64,000 nucleotides of DNA from Asterias rubens (GCF_902459465.1 NC_047064.1:13206001-13270000); one strand, 5' to 3'; positions 1 to 13,200 are shown, numbered from the stretch's first letter. Notes: a model not told the origin generated them from the letters alone. Numbers and translations: made by a program.

Positions 1-398
1 ATTTATAATAATAATTAGTTCTCATTAGCACATTTCACAATAACATCTCCATGTGCTTTACATTAGTGCCCTGTTAGTGGGTCAATAACATTCCTTTATA
101 ATCTTTCTCAGCTCCCTTTGGAGTATGCAGCATAGTTGCGATAACATCCAGGAGGGTTATGTTATCGCAACATGGCGCGAGTGGCTTTTTTCATACACAA
201 TATCAACCTCTACCCTTGCAGTTCACATACATTTGTGTACCCCCTGGGTGAAGGGAAGCAATAATAATGTAGTAACATCTTGCTAAAAAGGACACAAGTG
301 CCATGACCACAAGTTCCAACCCACACTTCAATGACTCAACCACCAGAACTTGAATTTGATGCTCTTATTATTAGTCTAAACCACTCGTCCATGACATT
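1..398 (-). mobile_element. tRNA-derived SINE with CORE/Meta-like central domain
   Basis: Reverse complement has head gtcatggacgagtggtttaga, gacacttgtgtcc, cacccagg, ctgcaagggtagaggttgat and an AAT-rich tail; colinear with 27203-27450. Confidence 0.8.
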
Positions 399-757
399 GA
401 CACTCTAAATTTTGTACACCAAAATATAAAATTTTCAACATCCAAATGAGGGTGAGCCTATACATGTTGCAATGTGCTACATAACGATACATTTTCTTTT
501 GTTTAACCTTTGGTGTACGAATGTGTACGCATATTTGTCAGTTTGTAGTTGATAAAGATGACCTCGGTTGTCAGTTACCACTTGTGCACATGTTAGTTGA
601 AGGACTTTGAAGCAGGGGAGTTGGGTGTCAACAAATTAAAATGATTGGACAAACACCCTGTTGTTGTGCAGCCTCATACATGTATTACAGTTTATGATGG
701 TAACAGACTGGTTTGTAAGGGGTTCAAAATTATCACCATTTTCACATTGCTTGGGAG

Positions 758-998
758 TAGTTTTGTAGCTACACCAATTCTAGTGTGGGCTCTAAATCCA
801 ATTTAGTCCACTAAGAGCAAGCTGACTAACAAAATGATTCATGTTAAGATATTGGGCCATCATTGCTGAAGTACAATCTGGTGGAAATCTGTGCTGGGCA
901 GCACAGTATATTTTGCTCAGATTGCTGGGCGAAATTTGTTTGTTCTGGGCAAGCCGAACCAGCACCGCCCTACAGCGCCCACCGTGGCTACAACACTG
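758..998. mobile_element. hAT-like MITE
   Basis: TIR (c/t)agt(g/t)ttgtagc ... gctacaacactg with exact 8-bp TSD CTTGGGAG at 750-757 and 999-1006. Confidence 0.8.
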
Positions 999-1221
999 CT
1001 TGGGAGTAAAAATGAACACAGGTGGAAATGGTGGATGCACATTTTTAAGGTCCTACTAGTTGCCGTCAACTCGCTTTGTGCCATAAATTTGTCGTCAACT
1101 CCTTGAATATACATTTAAAATTCCCTAAAGAGGCATAGAACTGTAAAGTATTCGCTCAAAGAGAATTTTTTGTAAAATTTAGGTTACATTTAGGTATAAA
1201 AAATTAGTTTTTTTCTTGTGA

Positions 1222-1265
1222 CAAAATTATCTCATAGCAGCAAAATTATCTCATAGCAGCAAAAT
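1222..1265. repeat. 19-bp tandem duplication caaaattatctcatagcag x2.3
   Basis: Exact copies at 1222 and 1241, partial at 1260. Confidence 0.95.
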
Positions 1266-2984
1266 CGACAGCCGCCATCTTGCTTTTTCACAGTGCTTGC
1301 ACAACATCGACAACAGAGGGCGCTTTCCTGCATTTGGAATAGTCTTGGCTCAAGATGTCAATGATCGGTACCGCAAAGTGTATTATGGACTGCGCGTTGT
1401 TTAAATTTATCGCTTGCTTCTTGGGTCAAGACTAATCCATACCTGCCATCTGCGTAGTGGTTGAGTTGACGGCACTAAGCGAGTTGACTTCTTGGGTAAG
1501 TTGACGGCAAGTGGTATGCCCATCCGTTGTCTTTCGTTTGTACTCAACTGGTCTTTTTCAAGTTTTGGCAAATTTTGCATCTAATCTTCATGTCAGTCAG
1601 GGGATGGCAGTCAATTTTTTTTGGGTGGTTGCCATCATTTATTTTTGATAAGTAGTAATTTTTAGTAGTATTTAAAAAAAATTTTTTGTAACATTGACTA
1701 TTTTTCTGGATGGCCGCTAATCCAAAGTTTCTATGGTATAGCAAATTTATCTTTGATTGTGAATCGGTTTTGTCTAGCTGGGTGTTTACCTCTGGTCAGT
1801 AAAACACTAACAACAATTATGTACATTGGAAACCAGGTTCAAAGAAGTCTTGCCTATATATTCAACTTGAAAAACATGAAAGTGGTTGATTTCCATACGT
1901 ACAGTTTGTACAAACAAACCTGGGCTGAATGTCTGTTATAAATGTGGAATTACTTTCCCAACATAATGGCCTTTTACTGTTGATACAGGGTACTTTTACA
2001 TTTTCATTACCACTCTGATTCTGAAAAGACTACACAACAAGACAAAAACAAAATGTGTGGAGACCACACAGCATACTACAGAGACTGATTATAAATATCA
2101 ATAATAATACAATTAGGTTCTTACACTTTTATGTACATTAGGCCTAAAGTCAACAAATCGCAGGTTCTCGATCAAGGCGCTGAGAAGAAAAAATGGAACG
2201 TGAGAGTTATTTTCGAATTGTTAAAGTTATCTAACTCATGAGCATTTTTTTTTTGAAAAGCAGAGCTGAGGTAGAAGAGCAGATGTCAGCTATGTGCCCG
2301 GTTTAATGGCTCTGCTTAATGTAGAATTCTGCGGCCCATTGAATGTGCTTTATTAACGGGTGCCGCAAGTGTACAATGTAGAAGTTGGTGGTAAGCAGTA
2401 GCCATGAAATTTGACCACTGATAACCCCTTATTTGTATGATGAAATGTGTGTGCCCTAAAATATACCAGCAGTAGCCAGTGCTATGTAAGCTTGAAGCTC
2501 CTACGAATGTGCAGTGTACATACACTTACAATAAGTAATGTATCATCTTGTCTTGTCACGATTGTCAATGTCATGTTGAACCTTGTTGCCGCTAGAGGGT
2601 ACTGCATGTACCATGACCACATGTAATGTATTTGTGATTTACCCATTGGGCAGCGGCTTGGTACCAAGACTAATTTTAACACCTTTACGAAATGTGTCAC
2701 ACACACCCCTTAAAGCTGGATGTTCTGTTTTTCAAATCCATGAATAATGTAGACGTTACTTTTAGTTATGTTTCACTCCTAAGAACAGGCTTCCTCAGAC
2801 TGGTGACCATGTCCAACAATGCTCAACAGGGCATACAACTTTCAGAACATTTTAAAGAGCCAATAAAGGATGATCTCAATATGTCAACTATTACCTTTTT
2901 ATGGCCAAATAGACATCGTAGATACCGGTTAATTACCATTTTACTCTCAAAATTTGCATTTAGTAACGAATAACTCTAGTAAAA

Positions 2985-3257
2985 AAAGCACCCGGTCGCG
3001 CGGCCATTTTAGCCGAGGGTCACAAACGGCTTATCTATTATAATGACCTCTTGATGCCAGTGACGATATTCCCCTAATTCTCCTCACAGTATTCCAGCTT
3101 TGGCAAACTAAGGGCGCTATTTTCCACACCAAATAGCCGCCACTGACGTCACGATTCCTTTGTCGCGCAGGTTTGTTTGACCCCGCGTTTTTCAGAAATT
3201 TGGCTTGGAGCGTTCTGTAGAAAAACCATTTTTACCATGTTTTAACTTGAGGTAAGA
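2985..3257 (+). promoter_or_regulatory. CpG-rich promoter-like island ending in a splice donor
   Basis: Locally CpG-rich, full CRE TGACGTCA at 3144-3151, donor ttgag|GTaaga at 3252. Confidence 0.4.
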
Positions 3258-4687
3258 GACTCGTTATACTTTTTTTATGTTTACTATAGACTCTAGCTAT
3301 TAGAAAACTATAATATCTATATATTTTATCAACTATCTAGGAAATTTTGTTATGCCACCTTTTAGGCAAAGTTTTTTCTTTTAGAGCTGTTTACATACAA
3401 TGCATGTCAGACAATCTCAACCATCTCTTATTTGAATCACAGAACTGGTTTAAATTTGCTCTACTTCTCACACAACCTGAACCCAAGGGTTTCCAGCTGG
3501 GTGATAAATGTAATCCACGGAAATTAAGTTTCATAATTTGTCTCATCTTCATTGATTAATACCTCCCCTCCTCATGTCACCAAGGACATCAAATGAAAGA
3601 AGCCCTTTCTATGTTTCTCATGTGGGAAAGCTACTCTAGCGTTCCAAATCCCATCTGACATTTTGTTTACACTCTGCTATTGTCTCTGGGTTTTCTATGA
3701 GTTGTATTCATGTTTTGTGCGGGCACCCTTTATTACTTGACTTATCCATTGATTGGGGTTTGGTGGCTGACTTGATCTATTATGAATCAGTTACAACAGT
3801 ACATGTAGCAACAGTTTCAAGGATTCTCAAATGACAACATTAAGCCAAATGAAAATAAAAACATGTTTAGTGGACCCTTGCCCGCTTACTTTTGAGAGGC
3901 CACTTTCTGTTCATTTTTTCCTTGTTTTTGTTTAAGAAAAAATTATACATTTTAACGATCTCAGACGAAACAAATATATTAAAAAAAAACAAAAAAACAA
4001 TCAGGTTGTCTTTAAAAATGTGTTGAGCGGCCATTTTGATAAAAGGAAAAAAGGCTGTCCTCCTTTAAAAAAAAAAAGGCATGACGCTAAACATGTTTTT
4101 ATATCATTTGGCCATAGGATGTTTTTGTTGGAAAGTATTGTGGAGTTTCCTTCTTGGATGGGGCATGGATGGGGGGGCACTTGGGTCCAGTGGTTTTGAA
4201 TGAGCATGCCAGCGCTTGGTCACAATGTTTATTACTGACGCAAGACTGAAACAATTAGTCCAAGAATGCATGAAAATTAAGATTGTAAACAGGGTGCTGA
4301 ATGGAAAAGTTTCAACAATGACATTCTTGAGGTTGGTGGGGCAAAAATTCCCACAGTTGTTCCTCAATTACTGTTGATTTTGAAGAAGCAGAATTCATGC
4401 ATTCCAAAATGTCCAGTTTCCCATAAAATGCACCAATGATCTGTTGTAAGAGTAGTCGTAAATACTTCAACAATTATTTTGCCATTATCCATAAAATCTT
4501 ACTTTTGAAAGAAGCAATGACAATTTAGTAACTATGTGAGTTCTCTGGTTTCAACCAGAAATCTGTTTTATTTAAACCCCCCAAAAAAATTATAGGCCTT
4601 TTATTAATTTTAAGCAGAAATTTATAATGATGTAAAAAAAAAATTGATAAATATTTTGTTTTAAAATAATAGATGTTAAATTTACAT

Positions 4688-4825
4688 TAATTTGGGTTTA
4701 TACCCATGTGCACCGATGTGTGTTAGCACTGTAACTGTATGTTCAGTACTTTCCAGAGTTCTGTGAAAATAAACATGTAGTCATACATGTATTACTTAGG
4801 TGGGATTCTATTTTTTACTAAGAAT
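4688..4825 (-). mobile_element. tRNA-derived SINE, second family, 3' part
   Basis: Shares gttagcactgta..tcagtacttt...ctgtgaaaa with 34345-34510 and 55650-55752. Confidence 0.7.
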
Positions 4826-4954
4826 AACGAGATAAAACCAATGGCAGAGCAAATTGCAGAATAGGGGTTTCAAAACCAAAGATACATGTTAGCAGGCTTT
4901 GCAAGGCTTCCCGCTTTGCACTCTATACGTTCAACAGCCTATCACACGTATAGG

Positions 4955-5110
4955 ATTTGGTTTGCGGTAACACCATGTACTGTGTATCTACTTGCCAGGT
5001 AGAGTTTGTTCTTAGAGAACTGTCTTGCTTTTAAATTCTACTGCCGCGGAGTAGATAATTGGGGGTTTGGGAGGCTTCTCAGTTCTGAAAAGAACTGTCC
5101 TGTTTTTTAA
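4955..5110. mobile_element. Dispersed repeat with gtttgcggtaacaccatgta end motif (Penelope-like tail family)
   Basis: 20-mer at 4960-4979 is identical to 18166-18185; body matches 33170-33320 in reverse. Confidence 0.6.
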
Positions 5111-6011
5111 CTATTACCAGGGCGGCTGACTATCACATTCGTGATTTTGAGAAAAGATTCCCTTTAAAAAAAACATGGTTTGGACAATTTTCAGGGCTCG
5201 GCTGATAAAGCGCTGTTTGTTAGTGGAAGGTTGCAGTCCTGCCTGCCTGCCCCTTTGTAAATTGTTCTTTATTTAAACCCAACATTTACTTAAAAAGTAG
5301 ACACTGTGCACATAGTACATCTAGGATAAAGAATGAATGAATGAATAGAAGTAAGGAATTTTATGTACTAGTTTCACATTGAGGATGAAGTAAAACATCC
5401 ATCAATCTGAAGCTGACAAAAAATAACAATGAGCGACATTAACACCTGCAACACAATACAAAAGCTTAGTGTGGACCGTTTAGACCCTCTCTTCATTTCT
5501 GTTCGCACGCTTAAATAAAGAGCCATCCATCATAATGCTTCATGAAAAAGTGTTTTCTTTTTATATTTGATTGTTCATGGAATATTCACACTCTATGTAG
5601 AATGCCCTTTGAATCAAGAAATTTGAGTCTAACTGAAGAATGGCATACATTGTAACAATGCGTTAGGCTTTACAGTCCATACAATACTTGTGCACATATA
5701 GGGCTTGATGGATTAGTCACTAGCATTGATGTGAGTTCTCTCGATGAGAAAACTGCTTGGTGATTCAAACTTGGCTCTCAGGTAGCCCAGTGGGCTTGTC
5801 AAACACTAGCAACTGTACCCTCTTAATATATATTTGTTTAAGTTCCAGTGTGCATTTTACTCTATGATCTGATACACTGTATGACTGATGGTAGGCTTCA
5901 ACAAAATCATGGGCTATTCAAATACAGCTGACTAGTCTAGAAGATCAGTCAAAAGAAAAAGGTAGTATTGACTGGCAGTCAGTTTAAAATTCAAACAAAT
6001 AAATAAATTTA

Positions 6012-6206
6012 CAGGTCTGTATGCTTCGGTTTTGAAAGGGCAAGGGCACCAATGCATTTTCTCTGTGGTAATGGGCACCCTAAGACTATGAGTAAATTGT
6101 AAATTTCTGCTGTATACATAGTACGTAGCATTCAAAGGGCACCAATGCAATGACCAGGGGGTATGGAGGTAACTGCCTTCGTTGTCTCCCTAAAGTATCA
6201 AGCCTG
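6012..6206 (+). mobile_element. CAGGCCTG-ended MITE (gggcaccaaggcaatgacc family)
   Basis: Ends caggtctg and caagcctg, flanks aattta and acttta; colinear with 9475, 12170, 14075, 42736 and 50605 copies. Confidence 0.75.
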
Positions 6207-7002
6207 ACTTTAACTTTTAAAATTATTAAGGAATTATCAAGTCAGTTTGCGCTGCGGTTCATTACCTGACTGTACATGTTTACAAAGAGTAAACATTTTA
6301 ACATTTAGCCAAAACAGGGTTCTCCCCAGGTTTTTTTAAAACTGGGTGTATTCTGGAGCCAAACTTTGGAAGTTTTGCATAAACATGTTCTTCAGAATGT
6401 TTTCTACTTTGTGTTTTTCTTGGTTTTTAAAAGCCATATAGTACTGTGCAATATGGAGTATTTATGTTTTCTCTGGATGTGTTTTGTGAAAATAACAGCC
6501 GAATTGTCATCGAGTATCAGCAAAATTTTGCATTTCGAACCCTGTAATAAATCATGGTTTGAAAATGTCAATACTTTTCTCCAAATAAGCTTCTACACAG
6601 AATACATGATGTTGTTTTGTTGTGTATTTTGTACATTGTAATCACTGCATAGTGCACCAATAACAATGTGCCACCATGGAGTATTTAGCCTAGAGACTTG
6701 TTATCAATCAATCAGACCAAATGACTGAAGGGCGCTTAGCATCTATACTACACCTGACCTAATTTTTTGCTAGCGGCTGAAAACATTGCCCATTGTTCAT
6801 GTTGTTCTCCATATGCTGTTGTCTACCCTGGTTTCCTTTCTTTTCCCCCAAGATTTTGACCCAAATCCCATGTCAGGGCCGGCACAGCTTGTCCCCAATG
6901 GTAATTGTGCAGTTTTGTGATTCAGATGTTTTGAAAATTATGAAAAGACATCTGCTCTGATTTTGTTGTTGACGGTTGTATTTGTATTAAGGTAAAAGGT
7001 GT

Positions 7003-7260
7003 GCTTACAATTGGCGGTTTTGCTTTGATCATGTTGATGTGATTCGCTTCACAAGCAAACCCACCGATTGGAGCGATATACAAGCTTGTCTTGAAACTGC
7101 ATTTGTTTCCTTTTTAAATTTTTACATTTCAAGGGTTGTGTGTTTAGGTTGTACTTTCATGTACAATTGGCGGTTTCGCTTTGAAGTGACTCGCTCCACA
7201 AGCAAAAACTACCGATTGGAGCAGATTTATAAGTGTATCTTTTAAACTGCATTGGTGTTT
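7003..7260. repeat. Diverged tandem duplication, about 155-bp unit
   Basis: acaattggcggttt...cacaagcaaa..accgattggagc...aaactgcatt occurs twice. Confidence 0.8.
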
Positions 7261-7795
7261 TTCTAATCAGGACTTGCAATGTACAGGGTTGTGGGTTCAA
7301 ATCCTCCAAGCTAACTGCTGATTTCACAAAGACTAGAATATTTATTAAGCATTGTCTTCTAGTTACTGTTTTAAATCACAATTTCTTGATTTAAGTGCAT
7401 TTTGTTATTATACATGTAGACATTAAACCAGTGTTTGTATTCAAGAAAAATTGGCTGTTGCCAGCGTGATGGTTATATCCCCTTGTGGGAGTTTGCCAAG
7501 TTCCTCTGACGGGAAGATCATTTAACATACAAACAAGTGTTCAAGCACCGCATGGCCACAATGCGCATTACACAAGCACGTCTATAGGGACATTGCCTTC
7601 CAAAATGGTGCAACCAAATTATTGTGACACTGACATCTCAGGGCCCAACCCAATGTCATAGCTCGTGGAATCCTGTACCAATACATGTAAATCTGGCTTA
7701 TAATGTAGATTCATGCGCTTGTCAGGGCTCAGTTACCAGAGAATTCTTCGGTGAGCAGTGAAACCATGGAGGAATAAATTAGAACTAAGCCTTGG

Positions 7796-8235
7796 GGTAA
7801 TTTCATAGAGCTGCTAAAGCAAAATAAAATTGGCTTTAAAGGCAGTGGACACTATTGGCAATTACTCAAAATAATTATTAGCATAAAACCTTACTTGGTA
7901 ACGAGTAATGGGGAGAGGTTGGTAGTATAAAACATTCATTCTCATTAGCGTGGTCAAGTCTAGCAACATGTAATCATTGCAATTGTGGTATCATTTTAAA
8001 GAGGAACAGTTCAGCTTTGCAATGATACCATTATTACAAATAGAGTATTAAATAATAACAAATATACTGGATTGAAAAAAGTTTCCTTACTTTTTGTGAG
8101 CAGTTTATTAATAGCTGTTGTTCACTTAGTATTAAGAATTGAGTGGAGTCTTGGCCGATAATCTGATTTTACTAAGCAAGGATTTGTTTGCTTGAAAGCA
8201 AAATTTTGTGCTTAAGCAGCTCCATGTTGGGTCAA
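7796..8235. mobile_element. PIF/Harbinger-like MITE interrupted by a Kolobok-type fragment
   Basis: aatttcatagagctgct left end and gcttaagcagctc right end; nested TTAA|aggcagtggacac fragment at 7840-7936. Confidence 0.6.
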
Positions 8236-9186
8236 ACCATGTGTGTACAGTTATGCCTTAGTTATTTTTCTAAAACTTGTTCAAGCTCATTAAAAGATCA
8301 GTTCAAGGTACTTACTACCACAACCATGGAGCAAGGACAACAGTGTACTGGGGGGGGGGGGGGGGTGATCTGGTTGGCTTAGGAAAGAGGACAACAATTA
8401 CAAATTTCTAACCTTGATTTTAAAATGGTGTAAATTGTCACTGTGTTTGATACTTCAAGTGCAATTTTTGTCTATGGTTCATTATACATTTTTGTAGAGA
8501 ATTTTCAGTTTAATCCTGAATTCTGCTGAATGTTTTATAGTCAATGTTGGAATGTTCAGAATCAGTGGTTTTGCTGTCAGATGTAGTCATGATTCAAATT
8601 TCACTTGGAAGAAAAGTATAAAATCAAATTATTGTTCACCATTTCAACATGAGGTAGAGACCTGATAACTCCCCCCCCCCCCCCCACTTTCATGAGGATT
8701 CTATTGAAAAGTTCGCGTATTACAAAACGCAAACCGATCTTGGAGCCCCTCTTTAAACTTTTTTTGATTCGATGCCCATTTATTCTAGTAAAGCCAACGG
8801 TTGATTGTATTCATCATAATGGATTTAATTTTTGTTCATGTGTGCAATGTTTACATTTGTTGTTAAAGTAACAAATCCTTCTGAATAGTAACCCCGGTCA
8901 AAATTCAAGAGCAAATAGAGAGGGTTGCCGGGCAGCGTATAATTGTAGATAGCACTTGAGACACCTGGAGTGTTAGACAAAGACATTCCTGCCTATGAAG
9001 CATTGGATCATCAAATCCCTATGATCAAACATGCTTCAGATAAAATAAATAATAAATCAGGGATCAGTCGGACAAGCTTGAATCAGGAGGAGGGATTTGG
9101 GGTCTGGAACCCTCTTGGAAAAAAAACACAGGGCGAGGGTTAGCTACTGTTGCATAGGTTTCAGGCATAATATTCTTCCTACTTAA

Positions 9187-9301
9187 AGCTCGGTTCATAC
9201 TTCCTGCATACGTCACTGCCCTGTTTTCGCTGCAAAATGTTTCACAGGAGGTGAGCACAGTTCGCATCATATTCGCATTTGCAGGAAATATGAACCAGGC
9301 T
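9187..9301. mobile_element. Short PIF/Harbinger-like MITE
   Basis: TIR agc(t/c)(c/t)ggttcata(c/t)ttcctgc, flanked by taa and tta. Confidence 0.7.
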
Positions 9302-9474
9302 TTAGTCTGTTTGCCAATTTCTATTGCCCAGAAACAGCATTTAGCTTTCACCAAATAAGTTCAGTCTGAATTTCTTGCTATAATGCAAAATTGCTGGACG
9401 AAATCGTTCCCTGAAGCTCAACATTTAAATCTGTTGTTCATTTGGTGTCTTTGTAACAAATTGTAACAAACATG

Positions 9475-9650
9475 TCGGCCTGTGTGCTACGTTTTTGAAA
9501 GGGCATGGGCACCAAGGAGGGTTTCTCCTTGGTAGAGGGCACCCTATGGGAAAATTGTAAATTTCTACTGGGCATTTCAAGGGCACCAAGGCAATGACCT
9601 TGTGGCACGGAGGCAATCGCTTTCGTTGCCTCTGTGAAGTATTGGGCCTG
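9475..9650 (+). mobile_element. CAGGCCTG-ended MITE copy
   Basis: gggcaccaagg...ggaaaattgtaaatttctact...gggcaccaaggcaatgacc...gggcctg. Confidence 0.8.
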
Positions 9651-9839
9651 GATTGTACCCAACACACATGATTGTGGCTGTGCACATTTCTGTCAAGTGT
9701 AAATTTTTTATCCATTATTTTGTGTCCATCCAGATTTTCTGTGACTGTGTCCGGAGCACCAGGCATCATGTGAGATTGGAACCAGTTTGTCATGTTTCAC
9801 CCAACCTTACATTGGACTGGGAGAGATGTCACAGAGTCT

Positions 9840-9948
9840 ACTGACATGGTACTTATTCTTTAAGATGTTGTAGTGTTTAGGCTATTTGTAGATTCCACTG
9901 ACATGGTACTTAAACTGTAAGATGTTGTAGTGTTTAGGCTATTTGTAG
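9840..9948. repeat. About 57-bp tandem duplication
   Basis: actgacatggtactta..taagatgttgtagtgtttaggctatttgtag occurs twice. Confidence 0.9.
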
Positions 9949-10091
9949 TCCAGAAGGTCACTTGCTTTTAGAAGGCCACATTCTGTACTAAAGAAACATA
10001 AATTAATGGAGCCCTGGAATTTGACTCAAGGTAAGGCTGCAAGAGATTGTGTATAAAATGGATTTTGTGTAAAAGGCTGTCAGTACAGCAG

Positions 10092-10263
10092 CCGATTTCA
10101 CAAATGCTAGGATTAATTCTATCTCAAGTTAGGACAAGTAACTCGCCCTAACTTACATTGTAGGATGGGTTCAATGCGTCTTTATGGCTATAGATATGGA
10201 ACTGAACTTGTCCTGAGTCCTAAGATTAATCCTAAGTTCGAAAGAGTTTTGTGAAATCGACGG
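10092..10263. mobile_element. Harbinger-like foldback MITE
   Basis: ccgatttcacaaa ... tttgtgaaatcgacgg with CAG flanks; inner inverted repeat aggattaat/attaatcct. Confidence 0.65.
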
Positions 10264-10570
10264 CAGAGAGTTGAAATTTCGCTTGATTTGAATTCACCAT
10301 ATTTTTGACCGCATGAGAGTGCTCAAAATAATTTTTGTATCATTTTAAGCTAATTGTTTAAAACAGTTTCATCAGCGGCTTTCTGTCACTTTAGTGCACC
10401 GTAGTTTTAGGTTGATTTGAGGTGGGTTATAACGGCTCCCTTTGTTTAAAAAATCTTATTGTCTGTGATGGATATGATGTCTCCGGTTGTATCAGTAGGA
10501 ATGAATATATATCTCCGGAAGTACTAATAATATTTTGAAAGCGCTCTCACACGAACAAAAAATATTGGCA

Positions 10571-10650
10571 TTTGGTTTGATTTGATTGGAATTGAATTGA
10601 TTTGGTTTGATTTAAATTGATTTGATTCAATTTGATTTTATTTGAATTGG
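10571..10650. repeat. Degenerate (TTTGA)n pentanucleotide microsatellite
   Basis: About 16 imperfect units seen directly. Confidence 0.9.
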
Positions 10651-12169
10651 CTGAAATTTGCGCGGATTGCCTGCAATTCGGGCGGTTTTTTTTTTGTGCC
10701 TGATTTGCCAGCTTATGCATGGGGAGAACCCTAGACATATAAAAAAATAAACAGGGCTACATGTGTTTAGAAAAAGTTAACATCCAACACATTATTTACA
10801 TTATGGATAAAAACAAGAAGGCAGTATAAAGTTGCCAAAGCTAAAGTTTGCACAAAGTTATAATGCAAATTATGACTCCCTTGACCCTTTTGGCTTTTGA
10901 GTTATTAGTATCTGGTAGGCCTACAGGCGACTTACATGTACATGGTGTCACTGCAAACCTTAACGTACTTGATACACTTTATTATGTAATGAAATTATCT
11001 TCATCGGTAAACCATGAATACTGCACTAGATGTGTGACTAATCCCGTAATGTGTAAATTAGCCACTAGATCGTTTTCTCATTCAAAGATTCCAAAACCGT
11101 GTCCCCTAGAGGCTGGTTAACCCTCTGTGGGGCTGTCGGGGGTTTTTTCGAAAAAAAGGAAGCAGAAGAAAAAAAAACTCCCGCCCCGGTCAGTTGATAT
11201 TATACCCTTTGCTTTTTTGATGTTTCTCCGCGATCCAATTTGGCAATTTCAAAAGCCTGGTGATATCCCATTCATAGCTTAAAAGTGCAGCGGGGCATGT
11301 GTTAATACCTGAGTCATAGATCAGCAAACATTGACTGTGGACGGATTAAGGTTGATTTTTTAACAGTTAAAGTGGTCGCTTGGGGGTGGGGGGTTGGGTT
11401 GGAGGGAGGGGAGGGTTAATGGAAAGTAGATGGTACACGTAGATCGTGCAAAAGCACAAGGTCGGTAAGCTATAAAGGGTCGCCAATCTGCTCATGAATT
11501 TGTGATTTGATAATTGTTGAAAATTTTAAACCTTACTGCATTTAAGTATAATATGAACCTTAGGTTTTTGGAAATGTTTGATTCTTTTAACCCAATAGAA
11601 ATGTAGATTATAGGGACTATAAAAAAGCTAATCTGTGGAAATTTCTATACTAAAGGTGGTCGCGTTTTTGAGATATCGCCGAAAAATCTGGAGCTGGAAC
11701 AATCATAAGAATAATCTGTTATTGGCAAACACAATCTGATTAACGTACAGTTATAGTACTCAGCTTAAATGTTTGGGGATAAAACTTACAGTTTTTATAA
11801 CCACATTACCTTGAATTGAGGTGATTCTCAAAAGCTGACTTCTACCCAAGTTAGTTTTTGTCATCAATTGTAAAATGAGTAACGAATACCTTCACTTAAA
11901 GCACTTCAACAGTCCCTATACATATTGTAGGGCCTACATATGTGTAGTACGGTATTTTATCTCATTATTTATTAGTTTAACTTTCCACTAAAATACAATG
12001 TTTAGCGTTTTCTGAGACTAGCAGGGTTCTCATACACAAACAGCAAAGAAACTGTCTCTCAGTTAATCACTTGGTCATAAAAGCATGGAAGGAGAAAATG
12101 GGGAAGACAGAAGCTCAGCTACTATACAGACATAGTTGCCAGGGATATGGGACAAGCTTCCAAATGATC

Positions 12170-12316
12170 TTCATGCAAAGACACCAAGGCATTTTCTCCT
12201 TGGTAAGGAGCACCCTGTGAGGAAATTGTAAATTTCTACTGGAGCATTTCAAGGGCACCAAGGCAATGACCAGGGGTCATAGAGGCAACAAATGCCTCCA
12301 GGAAGTATCAGGTCTG
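12170..12316 (+). mobile_element. CAGGCCTG-ended MITE copy, 5' degraded
   Basis: Colinear with the 9475 copy, ends gaagtatcaggtctg. Confidence 0.75.
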
Positions 12317-12929
12317 ACCCTTGGCAGTTTGGGGATGGATATAAATGGGCAAATCTCAACATGATTCCAAAAGATAGAGAGAGTCTATGGATAATTTGCA
12401 TTTATGTGCATTACTGAATTACATACGTACAAGCAGATCATTGAAAGTACATTTGGGTCCACATCCGACCAACCACTGGGTTCAGTCAATATTTGTAGAG
12501 CGGGAGGCTGAGACCGAGACTGCACTTTACTGCATCATGAAGTGAAGAAACCACTTGCTGACTGCCATCACGAGTCAAAATTTATTTGCTGTGTTCTGGT
12601 GGGGAGTAGGCTGATTAACAGCTAATTAGAACTTGTTTGATTAATGGCTGAGTCACCCTCCATTAGAGCTTAATGTTTGAATGGCCTAAAATGTATGTCA
12701 AACAGTACATTAATTTTTTACTTGGGAAAAAGGCACCTTGCCTTTGAGAAAGTGGTGCATTCATTTGGGAATGGTGTTGGAAAGTGCAATAGGCCTACAG
12801 TAATTGTGGCTTCTGTTAGTGTTTGAATATTAGTCACTCAGTAAAGCTCAAGGCTCAACATTTAGTATTTTCCTGCAAGGTATGTGGTACTACATTTGAA
12901 TTTCAGCACATTGGCATATGCTGCCAATC

Positions 12930-13150
12930 AAACCGGGAACACTGGCGAGCCCCTTCTCTTTTCGAGTGCACTGGTTTCTTTTACACTCGTTGCACATAAC
13001 TACATGTACGATACCAACAGCTTGACGTCCCATCCGAAGTTCGAAGCATCATGATTAATTGTTTTGCTTAAAAAGCATGGAGGGACACATGACCTGCATT
13101 GGAACCCTGCTGAACCCACACTCTGCTAATGCTCTTAACCGCCATGCCAT
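12930..13150 (-). mobile_element. DeuSINE-like element
   Basis: Reverse complement has cttcggatgggacgtcaagc...gtaaaagaaaccagtgcactcgaaaagagaagggg, resembling the Deu domain; sibling at 33755-34010. Confidence 0.7.
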
Positions 13151-13155
13151 ACCTC

Positions 13156-13200
13156 CAGTGTGTGAACATTACCTGCAGTGTGTGAACATTACCTGCAGTG
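13156..13200. repeat. 20-bp tandem duplication cagtgtgtgaacattacctg x2.2
   Basis: Exact copies. Confidence 0.95.

Noticed and set aside
1248-1281. aagATGGCGGC as the start of a minus-strand gene
   Set aside because: The frame stops after 10 codons (MAAVDFAAMR*); kept only as a YY1-like motif.
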